DNA of 64,000 nt, taken from Candidatus Krumholzibacteriia bacterium (lineage in GTDB: Bacteria; Krumholzibacteriota; Krumholzibacteriia; JAJRXK01). Shown here in pieces: positions 18,572-27,910 of the stretch (the stretch's first letter is position 1; every line of letters starts with the position of its first letter). Where the stretch lies: assembly GCA_041484665.1 (NCBI GenBank), contig JBGPIA010000007.1:132003-196002 (forward strand), written 5' to 3'. Both the position numbers and the translations under genes were made by a program. The notes beneath the pieces are model-generated. The model did not search any database. It was not told the DNA's origin and saw only the letters and a program-made list of their open reading frames with translations.

Positions 18572-20082
18572 GGCCCCAGCAGCTCCCTGCGCCACCACTG
18601 CCCCGTCGCGCGCCGCGTCTGCGCGTCCGTGAAGCGGTAATCGTAGAGTTGCGCCCGCACGTAGCGCGGCGGTGTGCCCTGGAAGGGATCGCGCGCCAGC
18701 AGCCGCAGCACCTGCGGCTCGCCTTCCAGCAGCCGGCGCAGGAGTCCCGCAAGCCACGGCTCGCGCCGGAAGGTTGACAGCGCCGCGAACCACATCTGCC
18801 AGTCCAGGCGCGGCTGGTGCGGCGCGACCAGGCGCGGGCGGCGCGTCAGATCACCGGGCTTCCAGCGGAACTCGTAGGGCTTCCAGGTCTGCCCGTCATT
18901 GCTGCCCTCGATGACGATTTCGGGCCGCTGGGTGGTCATCACCGCGAACAGCCCATAGCCGTTGATCGTTCGCAGCGGCGCCACGGCCGCGAGCATCCCG
19001 TCCACGGGAGAGGACAGCGCGTCCGCGAGCCCGAGCGTGCGCGCGGTCTGTAGCCCGCTCAGCAACAGCAGCACGGCCGCTCCCGCCAGCACCACGCCCT
19101 GCCGCGGGGAGGCGAGGACCGCAGCCGGCGCGGGCGCCCGCTCCGACACCCGCTGGCGCCAGCGCTTCGGTACGCGCCGCACCAGCAGCTCATCATCCAG
19201 CAGCAGCACGCACAGCGCGATCGTGAGCAGGTTGAAAAACGTGTAGCTGCCCGTAGCCGCGATCAGCAGCTGCAGCCCGACCAGCAGCGCGCAGGCCAAG
19301 TGCCGCAGCCGCCGCCGCGCGAAGATCAACAGCGGCGCGGCCAGCTCGATGACGAACATCCCAGCGCAGGACAGCTTGTGGAACCAGACGGGGAGCTGGT
19401 GCGCGTACCAACTCGTCCAGACCGGCAACGGCTGCGTCTGGTAGTGGAAGGTGAGCGCGGTCAGGTTGTGCCACGCGGCGTCGCCGCTGATCAGCTTCAC
19501 GCCGCCGGACATGATCATGAAACGCAGCAATAGCCAGCGCAGCAGGCCGTGGGCGAGGCGCGATACCGGCGGCTCGCGTGAGAGGCCGGGCAAGAGCGGC
19601 CGCTTGGGGGCGAGGAAGATCGCCAGGAATCCCGCCTCCAGCAACAGGAGATCCCACTGGAACGAGAGGAAGTCCTGCCCCAGCACGACCAGCGACAGGT
19701 AGAGCGCCCACAGCAACGCGAGCGCGATGGCCGGCGCGATGCCCACGACCAGCAGCACCGACGCGGCCGTGCCGGCGGCGCACAGCCGCGTCAGCGCAGC
19801 GTCCCCTGCGCCGAGCCAGCCTACAGTCGGCAGGAGCCACAAGCGTTCCGGACCCAGCTGGGCGGCCGCTCGCTGCAGGTAGTCTGCGGCGGGCAAGATC
19901 CCGCGCTCCCCGATCAGCCCATGCACCTGCGTCCACAGCGACACGAACGCGATCAGGTAGACGATCCCCAGCAGGCGCAGGAAGAGCCAGCGCGAGAGGA
20001 GCCAGGACGGCTGGCCCCCGGCGCTTTGGCGGGTGGGCGGCGCCTTTGGCGCGGGGTCCTGGGGTAAGGCGTCGGCGGTCAC
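18538..20082 (-). CDS. Lipase maturation factor (LMF1) family membrane protein
   Basis: FLSFQWDLLLLEAGF, HYQTQPLP, NGYGLFAVMT..RPEIVIEGS, YEFRWKPG and APHQPRLDWQMWFAAL. Confidence 0.93.
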   Translation of the reverse strand: MTADALPQDPAPKAPPTRQSAGGQPSWLLSRWLFLRLLGIVYLIAFVSLWTQVHGLIGERGILPAADYLQRAAAQLGPERLWLLPTVGWLGAGDAALTRLCAAGTAASVLLVVGIAPAIALALLWALYLSLVVLGQDFLSFQWDLLLLEAGFLAIFLAPKRPLLPGLSREPPVSRLAHGLLRWLLLRFMIMSGGVKLISGDAAWHNLTALTFHYQTQPLPVWTSWYAHQLPVWFHKLSCAGMFVIELAAPLLIFARRRLRHLACALLVGLQLLIAATGSYTFFNLLTIALCVLLLDDELLVRRVPKRWRQRVSERAPAPAAVLASPRQGVVLAGAAVLLLLSGLQTARTLGLADALSSPVDGMLAAVAPLRTINGYGLFAVMTTQRPEIVIEGSNDGQTWKPYEFRWKPGDLTRRPRLVAPHQPRLDWQMWFAALSTFRREPWLAGLLRRLLEGEPQVLRLLARDPFQGTPPRYVRAQLYDYRFTDAQTRRATGQWWRRELLGPYSPVLSLPRG

Positions 20083-20204
20083 CGTGGGCGCAGTCTACGC
20101 CCTGGTCTCGCCGGGAGGCAATTCGTGGGGCCTCGCTTCAATGCGTGCGTCAACCCCCGGCTCCGACGCTCGCGTCAACCCCCGGGTTCGATCCGCCGGA
20201 GCCT

Positions 20205-21188
20205 CTATCCGTTCCATCCGCCCCGCAGCAGCTTGGCCGCGTCGACGGCGCTATACGTGAGGATCATGTCGGCCCCCGCGCGCCGGAATGCCGTGAGGGT
20301 CTCCATGAGGATCCGGTCGTAGTCGATCCAGCCGTTGGCAGCAGCGGCCTTGAGCATCGCGTACTCGCCGCTGACGTGGTAGACGGCAGTCGGCATCCCG
20401 AAACGGTCCTTCACCCGGCGCAGCACGTCGAGGTACGGCAGGCCTGGCTTCACCATGACGATGTCGGCGCCCTCTTCGATGTCGAGCGCCACTTCGCGCA
20501 GCGCCTCGTCTCCATTGGCCGGATCCATCTGGTAGCTCTTGCGATCGCCGAACTGCGGGGGCGACTGGGCCGCGTCGCGGAACGGCCCGTAGAAGGCGCT
20601 GGCGTACTTGGCGGCGTAGCTCATGATCGGCAGATGGGTGAAGCCGTCGTCATCCAGGCGCTCGCGGATGGCCGCCACGCGGCCGTCCATCATGTCGCTG
20701 GGGGCCACGATGTCCGCTCCCGCCCGCGCGTGGGCGAGCGACTCGCGCGCCAGCAGGTCCAGGGTCCGGTCGTTGTCGACGTCGCCGCCCTCGATCACGC
20801 CGCAGTGCCCGTGGTCGGTGTACTCGCACAGGCACACGTCGGTGATCACCAGCATGTCCGGCACGTGCTCCTTCAGCGCGCGCACCGCGTTGGGGATGAT
20901 CCCCTCGTCGTCGTAGGCCTCGCTGCCCTGGGGATCCTTGCGTGTGGGGATCCCGAACAGGATCGTGGCGGTGACCCCGACCTCCACGGCCTCGCTCAGC
21001 ATGTCGATCAGGCGGTCGATCGACAGCTGGTGCTGGCCCGGCATGCTGGGGATCTCGCTCCTGATGCCCTTTCCGGGAACGACGAACGTCGGATAGATGA
21101 GCTGCTCCGCAGCCAGGCGCGTCTCGCGCACCAGCGCCCGCAGCCGCGGAGTGCGGCGCAGGCGACGCATGCGGTGATCGGGGAACAT
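20205..21188 (-). CDS. hemB: Porphobilinogen synthase (Zn-type)
   Basis: [33 protein letters not shown] and MVKPG. Confidence 0.98.
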   Translation of the reverse strand: MFPDHRMRRLRRTPRLRALVRETRLAAEQLIYPTFVVPGKGIRSEIPSMPGQHQLSIDRLIDMLSEAVEVGVTATILFGIPTRKDPQGSEAYDDEGIIPNAVRALKEHVPDMLVITDVCLCEYTDHGHCGVIEGGDVDNDRTLDLLARESLAHARAGADIVAPSDMMDGRVAAIRERLDDDGFTHLPIMSYAAKYASAFYGPFRDAAQSPPQFGDRKSYQMDPANGDEALREVALDIEEGADIVMVKPGLPYLDVLRRVKDRFGMPTAVYHVSGEYAMLKAAAANGWIDYDRILMETLTAFRRAGADMILTYSAVDAAKLLRGGWNG

Positions 21189-21406
21189 CGGGTCCTCCTC
21201 CTTCGGAGCACAGCGCCGGACGTGCGCCCGGGTGCCGAGAGCTCGCGTGGGGAGATCTCGGGTGCCGAAATCTCAACGGACGGATTCAAGATGCAGGAAT
21301 CCCGATCGCGACGGTCGACCCGGGAGCCGCCCGCCCTGCTCTCCCAGGGGGCTGCCATGTGACGCGGGATGGCGGTTTTATGGCTGGGCCCGCCGCAGCG
21401 GCCCCG

Positions 21407-22066
21407 CTAGCCCCGATAGAGCGCTTTCACCATCCCCCAGCTCTGGTCGCCGGAGGGCGCGTTGGGGACGAACTCGATCGGCCTGGGTGTAATGCGCGGG
21501 TCTCCGCTGGACGTGGACGGTGCGGCGTTGATCACGAGCGCGATGTCCCGGCAGAAGAGGTTGTTCATCGAAATCGTGACGGCGATGCCGGGGAAGTCGA
21601 CGCGGGTCGCCACCAGTCCGCTGTCGAAGTGCACGAGTCCCCGACCGGGAAAGCGTACGTCCAGCTGCAGCTGCTGCAGACCGGCCGCGCGGTCGATCCG
21701 ATAGATCCCGGCTCCGGTGATCAGCACGGGATCCGTGCTGGTGAGTGTGCGGGGCACGATGAACTTCACATTGCGCACGGTGAAGACCTCGAAGGTCGCC
21801 TCGCGCGTGGAGGGCCAGCGCTCGAAGCTGCCCCGCAGGCCCTCGTTGAGCATGATCGGGCACATGCACGGGGCGAAGCAGCCTTCTTCGTAGACGCTGC
21901 CGCGGCCGAGCTGATAGGAGACCGGACCGCGGCGGTCGACGGGCGCGGCGCTGCCGGCCGCACCGGCAGTGCCCGGCGTGACAGGCACGGTCGCGCCGAA
22001 CTCGAGGATGACCAACCCCAGCAGGAGCAGGATTGTTGAACCATGGATCCGGGGGAGTCTGGACAT
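21407..22066 (-). CDS. Secreted hypothetical protein with C-terminal SWGxVKALYR tail
   Basis: N-terminal hydrophobic signal, GCFAPCMCP motif, ends QSWGMVKALYRG. GGAGG RBS upstream. Confidence 0.75.
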   Translation of the reverse strand: MSRLPRIHGSTILLLLGLVILEFGATVPVTPGTAGAAGSAAPVDRRGPVSYQLGRGSVYEEGCFAPCMCPIMLNEGLRGSFERWPSTREATFEVFTVRNVKFIVPRTLTSTDPVLITGAGIYRIDRAAGLQQLQLDVRFPGRGLVHFDSGLVATRVDFPGIAVTISMNNLFCRDIALVINAAPSTSSGDPRITPRPIEFVPNAPSGDQSWGMVKALYRG

Positions 22067-22219
22067 GGCAGCCTCCTTCTCGATGGCGCCGGCCGATGGG
22101 TCGCGCCGTCCGGGCAGGACGGGCCGCGATCCCCCCCACCCTATTTCCGCGCTTCGCGGTCGAGGCTAGCACCAATGGGGGGGAAGGTCCAGGCGCCCCG
22201 GGATGTGGCGGTCGCTGCG

Positions 22220-22290
22220 CAGGGCGCGGGCCGGGGCGCGATGCGGGGCACGGGCCGGGGGCGCGACGCGGGGCACGGGCCGGGGCCGGC
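22220..22290. repeat. GC-rich degenerate tandem repeat (ggggcgcgaYgcggggcacgggcc x2 plus partial copies)
   Basis: Visible directly in the intergenic sequence. Confidence 0.65.
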
Positions 22291-22313
22291 ACGCACCCAG
22301 GTCTCCGGCCCGT

Positions 22314-22337
22314 CCGTAAGCACATTGTGCTTACCGC
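22314..22337 (-). promoter_or_regulatory. 24-bp palindromic element, copy 1 (core GTAAGCACA-W-TGTGCTTAC)
   Basis: Perfect 9-1-9 inverted repeat at 22316-22334; 23/24 identical to 30815-30838. Function unknown. Confidence 0.55.
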
Positions 22338-22358
22338 CGCGGCGGACAAACCACGGCA

Positions 22359-23354
22359 TCAAACCTGGCCGCCGGCGCCGCCATTGCGGGCCCTCTCCGC
22401 CGCCCGCGCGCCGGCCGCCTCGGCGGCCGCTGCCTTCGTCTCCGCCACAATCTCAGCACCGCCCTGCCCCAGGATCTGCTCGGCAACGCGCCTGCCCAAT
22501 CCCTCAAGATCTGCCGGCGCGCCGCGCGCCTCGGCGCGAAGCAGGACCGTGCCGTCGGGGCGCCCCAGGCGTGCCCGCAACCACAACTCGCTGCCGTCGA
22601 TCAGGCAATAGCCGGCGAGCGGCACGACGCAGCCGCCGGCGACCGCCGCAAGCAGCGCGCGCTCGGCGCGCGCGCAAATTGAAGCGTCGTGGTCGTCAAT
22701 CGACGCGACGAGCGCCGCGGCCGGATCGTCCGCGCGGGTCTCCAGGCCGATGATCCCCTGCCCCACTGCCGGCAGCAGTGTCTCCGGCTCCAGGAAGGCG
22801 GTGATCCGGTCGCGCCAACCCAGACGCAGCACACCGGCCGCCGCCAGGATCATCGCATCGAACTGCCCCTCCTCGAACTTGCGCCAGCGCGTGTTCACGT
22901 TGCCGCGCAGGCCCACCAGATTCAGGTCGCGGCGCATGGCCAGGAGCTGGCAGCGCCGTCGCAGGCTGCCGGTGGCGACCTTCGCCGCCTTGCGCAGTTG
23001 CGCGAGCGGCACACCGTCGCGGTGGAACCACACGTCCCGCACGTCCTCACGCGGGGAGTGCGCGGCGATCGTCATGCCGCCCGCGAGCTTCGCCGGCACG
23101 TCCTTGAGGCTGTGCACGGCGACGTCGATGCGGCCGGCGGCGAGCTCGCGCTCCAGCGCCTGGGTGAAGACGCCGACCTCGCCCAGGGCGAAGAGCGGCG
23201 TGACCAGGTCGACGTCCCCAGCGCTGTGCACTTCGATGATCTCGACCGCAAGGCCCGGGTACGCCGCGGCCAGGCGGTCGCGTGCCCAGCGCGCCTGCCA
23301 CAGGGCGAGCTCGCTGCCGCGCGTGCCCAGTCGCAGCGTGCGCAGGGCGCTCAT
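22359..23354 (-). CDS. hemC: Hydroxymethylbilane synthase (porphobilinogen deaminase)
   Basis: LGTRGSELALWQA, AVHSLKDVP, TGSLRR, LRGNVNTR, PAVGQG and GGCVVP. ATGA overlap with hemY. Confidence 0.97.
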   Translation of the reverse strand: MSALRTLRLGTRGSELALWQARWARDRLAAAYPGLAVEIIEVHSAGDVDLVTPLFALGEVGVFTQALERELAAGRIDVAVHSLKDVPAKLAGGMTIAAHSPREDVRDVWFHRDGVPLAQLRKAAKVATGSLRRRCQLLAMRRDLNLVGLRGNVNTRWRKFEEGQFDAMILAAAGVLRLGWRDRITAFLEPETLLPAVGQGIIGLETRADDPAAALVASIDDHDASICARAERALLAAVAGGCVVPLAGYCLIDGSELWLRARLGRPDGTVLLRAEARGAPADLEGLGRRVAEQILGQGGAEIVAETKAAAAEAAGARAAERARNGGAGGQV

Positions 23355-25009
23355 CGCGCTGCCACTCCCGCCGCCCCCGCCGGCGCCGCCCCTGCCAGCG
23401 CTGGCCGCGCGGCGGAGGCCGCCTGGGCGGGCGCGAGGAACTCGACGACCTGCTCGGCCACCACCTCGGCATGGGCGACGCAATTGTTGAAGCTGATGCC
23501 GCAGACGCTGTTGCCGGTCAGGAACAGCCCCGGGTGGCGCGCACACTCCTGTCGAGCGCGCGCGACCCGCTGCAAGTGCCCGACCTCATACTGGGGGATC
23601 CCCAGCGGCCAGCGGAAGACGCGCACGTACGAGGGCTCGCCGCGCACGCCGTAGAGCGGCTCGGTCTCGCGGCGGACCAGCTCGACCAGTTGCGCGTCGG
23701 ACAGCGTGCTGGCCTGCGGATCGTGGGTGCCGCCCACCAGCGTGCGCAACAAAACCTGATCCTGCGGCGCCTGCCCCACAAAGGTCGAGCTGCTCCAGAT
23801 GGTGCCCAGCACGCGCACGCCCTCGCGGCGCGGGATGAGCACGCCGAAGCCGTGCAGCGGGTGCGACACCTGCTCGCGGCGGTAGCCGAGGCAGGCCACG
23901 TGAACTCCAGCGATCCCGATCTCCGCGAGCGCTTCCGCTGCAGGTGCGGCGTAGTCCCGCAGGACCTGGGCGGCGGCATCGGCGGGCATGGCCAGGACTA
24001 GGGCGTCGCAGTCGAATGTCTCACCGCGCCCCTGGCCACCCAGGCCCTCGAGAGTCACGCGAAAGCCGCCCCGCGGTCCGTAGTCGGAGATCGTGCGCAG
24101 CTGCTGCGCGGTACGGACAGCGCGCCCGCCCAGTTGGCGCACCAGCGCTTCGATCGGTGCGGCCATGCCGCTGCGAAAGGTGTGCAGCACGCCGCCGGGG
24201 CCGGCCTCGACCGCGTTCGCCCGGTTCTCCGCACCGCCTCCGGCCTCGCTTCCGGCCTCGCCTGCGGTTCGGCAGCCAGCTTCGCCTGCGCGCCCCGCGG
24301 CGTCCCGACGTCGGCTCTTCCGCCGCTGCTTCTTGAGCGCCTGCATGCCGCGCAGCAGCCCGCCGTGCTTGCGCTCCAGCTCGACCACTTTGGGGAAGGC
24401 GGCGGCGAGGCTCAGGCGATCGACGTCGCCGGCGTAGATGCCGCTCACCATCGGATCGAGCAACACCGCTGTGAACTCGGGACCGAGGCGGCGGCGGCCG
24501 AAGGCACCGACGGTCTCGTCCTGTTCGAGCGGAATCGCCGGTGGGACGCCGCCGATTGCCGAGAGCGCGGGCAACCCCGCGGCCAGGAGGTCCGGGTAGC
24601 GTCGCGGCGGCTGCCACAGCTCGGCGACCACGCGCAGGCGGCCGCGCCACGAGAGCAGCGGCGAGCGCAGGAATGTCAGTGGGCGCATCGCCAGCGCGTG
24701 CATGCGGCCGCCGCGCAGGATGAAACGCTCGCGCGAGGCGTCGCTGCTGCGAACGAGCTCCCCGCGCAATCCCAGATCGTCCACCAGGCGCAGCGTGGCG
24801 GGCTCGTTGTCCAGGAAACCGGCGGGTCCGGCCTCGCAGAGGAAACCCTGCTCGCGGAGGGTAGCGACCTTGCCGCCGGCCACCTGCTCGCGCTCGAGCA
24901 CGATGACCTCGACCTGGATGCCGCGCCGGGACGCCGCCTGACGGAGGCGGAAGGCGGTCGCCAGTCCGGCGATGCCGCCGCCCGCCACCACGACGCGCCG
25001 GGTGGCCAC
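23351..25009 (-). CDS. hemY: HemY-type proto/coproporphyrinogen oxidase
   Basis: VAGGGIAGLA, GGKV.T...GFLCEAGP, SGIYAGD..LSL.AAFP, GFGVLIP and IPQYEVGH. Confidence 0.93.
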   Translation of the reverse strand: MATRRVVVAGGGIAGLATAFRLRQAASRRGIQVEVIVLEREQVAGGKVATLREQGFLCEAGPAGFLDNEPATLRLVDDLGLRGELVRSSDASRERFILRGGRMHALAMRPLTFLRSPLLSWRGRLRVVAELWQPPRRYPDLLAAGLPALSAIGGVPPAIPLEQDETVGAFGRRRLGPEFTAVLLDPMVSGIYAGDVDRLSLAAAFPKVVELERKHGGLLRGMQALKKQRRKSRRRDAAGRAGEAGCRTAGEAGSEAGGGAENRANAVEAGPGGVLHTFRSGMAAPIEALVRQLGGRAVRTAQQLRTISDYGPRGGFRVTLEGLGGQGRGETFDCDALVLAMPADAAAQVLRDYAAPAAEALAEIGIAGVHVACLGYRREQVSHPLHGFGVLIPRREGVRVLGTIWSSSTFVGQAPQDQVLLRTLVGGTHDPQASTLSDAQLVELVRRETEPLYGVRGEPSYVRVFRWPLGIPQYEVGHLQRVARARQECARHPGLFLTGNSVCGISFNNCVAHAEVVAEQVVEFLAPAQAASAARPALAGAAPAGAAGVAAR

Positions 25010-25011
25010 GG

Positions 25012-26442
25012 CTAGACCGTCCGGGAGTAGACCGGTGTTGTGGCGTCCTCGCGCGGTTTCTCCAGATACGCGTCGAACACCATGGCCACGTTGCGCACGA
25101 GCAGCTGCCCGCGCGCGGTGACCTCCAGCCGTCCGGGGAGCAGGCGCACCAGGCCGTCGCCCGCGTGGTCCTGGAGCTTGCCGAGCTCCACGGCGAAGTA
25201 GCGCCCGAAGTCGACGCCGTAGCGGCGCTCCAACGGGGCGTAATCCAGGGCGAGGTTGCACATGATGCCCATGATCACGTCGCGGCGGATGCGGTCGTCC
25301 TGGGTCATGCGCACGCCACGGTGAGTGGCGAGCTCCTTGGCGTCGACGGCACGGTAGTAGTCCATGAGCTTGGGCGTGTTCTGCGCGTAGAGGCCACCGA
25401 CCTCGCTGATGCTGCTCACGCCGAAGGCCAGCACGTCGGTCTCGGGCTTGGTGGTGTAGCCCATGAAGTTGCGCCGCAGCCGCTCGGCGCGGCGCGCCTG
25501 CGCCAGCTCGTCGCCGGGCAGGGCGAAGTGATCCATGCCGATCGGCTCGTAACCCCCTTCGCGGAAGCGGCGCAGCGTGAGGTTGTACAGCGCGAACTTC
25601 AAAGCCGGTGCGGGCATGGCCTCGACGGGGAGCTGCTTCTGGTGCGGCTTGATCCACGGCACGTGGGCATAGTTGAACACGGCCACCCGGTCGGGCGCCC
25701 ATTCGATCACGCGGGCCAGCGTGCGGTCAAAGGTCTGCTCGGTCTGGTACGGCAAGCCGTAGATCAGGTCCATGTTGATGGAGGCGAATCCCGCGTCGCG
25801 GCACAGCTGATAGAAACGCCCGGTGAGATCCTCGGGCTGCACGCGGTGGACGGTCTCCTGCACCTGGGGATCGAGGTCCTGCACGCCCATTGAGATGCGG
25901 TTGAAGCCGAGCTGGCGCAGGCGGTGGACGTGCTCGTCCGTCGTGACGCAGGGATCGACCTCCAGGGCGATCTCCGCGCCGGCGCTCACCTTGAAGCTGG
26001 CGTGCACGTAGTCCATGAGACGCGCGAGCTGGTCCGGCGTGAAATAGGTCGGCGTCCCACCACCCAGGTGGATCTGGATCACCTCGCGCACGTCGCCGAG
26101 GTGCGCGGTGAATAGCTCCATCTCACTCTTGAGGCGCTCCAGATAGGGATCGGACACCCAGTCCTTGCGGCTGATCACCACGTTGCAACCGCAGAAAAGG
26201 CAGCGCTCGCGGCAGAACGGTATGTGGAAGTAGAGCGACAGCGGCCGCGGCATGCCGGCCGCCGCGCAGTCGCGCAGGTCGTCGAGGCGCTCGCTCAGCT
26301 CGGCCGGGCCGAAGTTGTCGCGCCAGACCGGGGCCGTCGGGTAGCTGGTGTAGCGCGGCCCCGGACGGTCGTACTTCTTCAACAGCGGCGCGACGTCGCC
26401 TTGGCCAAGCGTCGCGTCGGCAGCGGAGGTGTCCTCGCTCAT
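25012..26442 (-). CDS. hemN: Oxygen-independent coproporphyrinogen III dehydrogenase
   Basis: GPRYTSYPTA, HIPFC..RCLFCGC, GGGTP, IGMDHFA and LRRNFMGY (true HemN, not HemW). Confidence 0.96.
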   Translation of the reverse strand: MSEDTSAADATLGQGDVAPLLKKYDRPGPRYTSYPTAPVWRDNFGPAELSERLDDLRDCAAAGMPRPLSLYFHIPFCRERCLFCGCNVVISRKDWVSDPYLERLKSEMELFTAHLGDVREVIQIHLGGGTPTYFTPDQLARLMDYVHASFKVSAGAEIALEVDPCVTTDEHVHRLRQLGFNRISMGVQDLDPQVQETVHRVQPEDLTGRFYQLCRDAGFASINMDLIYGLPYQTEQTFDRTLARVIEWAPDRVAVFNYAHVPWIKPHQKQLPVEAMPAPALKFALYNLTLRRFREGGYEPIGMDHFALPGDELAQARRAERLRRNFMGYTTKPETDVLAFGVSSISEVGGLYAQNTPKLMDYYRAVDAKELATHRGVRMTQDDRIRRDVIMGIMCNLALDYAPLERRYGVDFGRYFAVELGKLQDHAGDGLVRLLPGRLEVTARGQLLVRNVAMVFDAYLEKPREDATTPVYSRTV

Positions 26443-26472
26443 GCGCTCTCCTTGGCCGTGTTGCTCTCGTAT

Positions 26473-26535
26473 ACAGTCAGCCCCGGTCAACCACAGTCAG
26501 CCCCGGTCAACCACGGTCAGCCGTGGTCAGCCGTG
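26473..26535. repeat. Tandem repeat: acagtcagccccggtcaacc x2 plus 10-bp subunits
   Basis: Exact 20-bp duplication at 26473 and 26493, between hemE and hemN. Confidence 0.85.
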
Positions 26536-26551
26536 CCGCGCACGGCTGGGG

Positions 26552-27622
26552 TCAGGCCGTCGCGGGCGCGCTCTGCTTCACCGCGGCGACGAATGCCTCG
26601 ACGCACTCCAGCGGTGTCTGGGGGACCACGCCGTGCCCGAGATTGACGATGTAGCCGGCACGGCCGGCCATCTCGTCGAGCATCGCCTGCGTCCGCCGGC
26701 GGACTTGATCGGGCGTTCCCAAGAGCACCACTGGATCGAGGTTCCCCTGGATACCCACGTTGGCCGGGACGCGCCGTCGCACGTCGCGCAGGCGCATCCG
26801 CCAGTCGACGCCGATCACCGTGCTGCCCGCCGCCGATTGGGCCTCCACCAGGGCCGCACCGCCGTTGACGTAATAGATAGAAGGAGCCCCGGTCTGCACC
26901 ACCCGGTCGAAGACCTGGCGGGCGTACGGCAGGGCAAACTGCTCGAAGTCGTCGGGATGCAAGAGCCCTGCCCAAGTGTCAAACAGCTGGACGGCGTCCG
27001 CGCCTGCCTCCACCTGCGCGGCCAGGTACTCGCCGATCTGGTCGGCCAACAGCTGCAGGACCTGCTCGGCCAGGCGCGGCTCGCGGAGCAGAAGCTGCTT
27101 GGTGCGTGGGAAGAGTCGGCTCGTCTCACCCTCGACCAGATAGGCCAGCAACGTGAAGGGCGCGCCGGCGAACCCTAGCAGCGCCTTGTCGAAGGAAAGC
27201 TCCGCACGCGTGCGGCGCAGCGCCTCGTGCACCCACGGCAGCTGCAACCGCGCATCGACGTGCTGCAGATGCGCCAGCGCCGCGGCGCTGTCCATGGGCG
27301 CGGCGAGCTTGGGCCCACCCTGGTCGTCGAAGCGGAACTCGGCACCCATACCGATCAAGGGCAGCAGGATGTCGCTGAAGATGATCGCAGCGTCGAAGTC
27401 GAACCGCCGGACCGGTTGGAGCGTGACCTCCGTGGCCAGGTCGGCGCGCTTGCATAGATCGAGGAAACTCACGCTCTCGCGCACCGCGCGGTACTCGGGC
27501 AGGTAGCGCCCCGCCTGGCGCATCATCCAGACCGGCGGCCGCGGTACGCGCTCGCGGCGGCAGGCGCGCAGGAACAGACTGTCGGTTCGGACGGGCGCCG
27601 GTGGCGATGCTGGGCGGGTCAT
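26552..27622 (-). CDS. hemE: Uroporphyrinogen decarboxylase
   Basis: PVWMMRQAGRYLPEYR, DAAIIFSDIL, GFAGAPFTL, QGNLDP and NLGHG. Confidence 0.97.
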   Translation of the reverse strand: MTRPASPPAPVRTDSLFLRACRRERVPRPPVWMMRQAGRYLPEYRAVRESVSFLDLCKRADLATEVTLQPVRRFDFDAAIIFSDILLPLIGMGAEFRFDDQGGPKLAAPMDSAAALAHLQHVDARLQLPWVHEALRRTRAELSFDKALLGFAGAPFTLLAYLVEGETSRLFPRTKQLLLREPRLAEQVLQLLADQIGEYLAAQVEAGADAVQLFDTWAGLLHPDDFEQFALPYARQVFDRVVQTGAPSIYYVNGGAALVEAQSAAGSTVIGVDWRMRLRDVRRRVPANVGIQGNLDPVVLLGTPDQVRRRTQAMLDEMAGRAGYIVNLGHGVVPQTPLECVEAFVAAVKQSAPATA

Positions 27623-27910
27623 CTGTGGGCGGCTCCCAGGGGGGTGTCCTGCGGCGCCGATGGGTCTGTTGGGGCTGGAGACTCGGGGCCTTCCGACCAA
27701 GTAGTAGGTACGAGCTGGTGCAGGGTCAAGGCTGGCCTGTCGCGGAACGTGCGGACCAAGCGCACGGCGCTTCCTTGCGGTCGCCCGCGGGCAGAACGTA
27801 GAATGCGCCTCCCTTCCAGGGTTTCCGGCTCCCTCCCGCGGGGGCTCCGTCCAGCGAAGGCTCCCTCCCACAGCGGAGACTTCCTCCCGCCAGCGCAGGA
27901 GCGTGACGCA

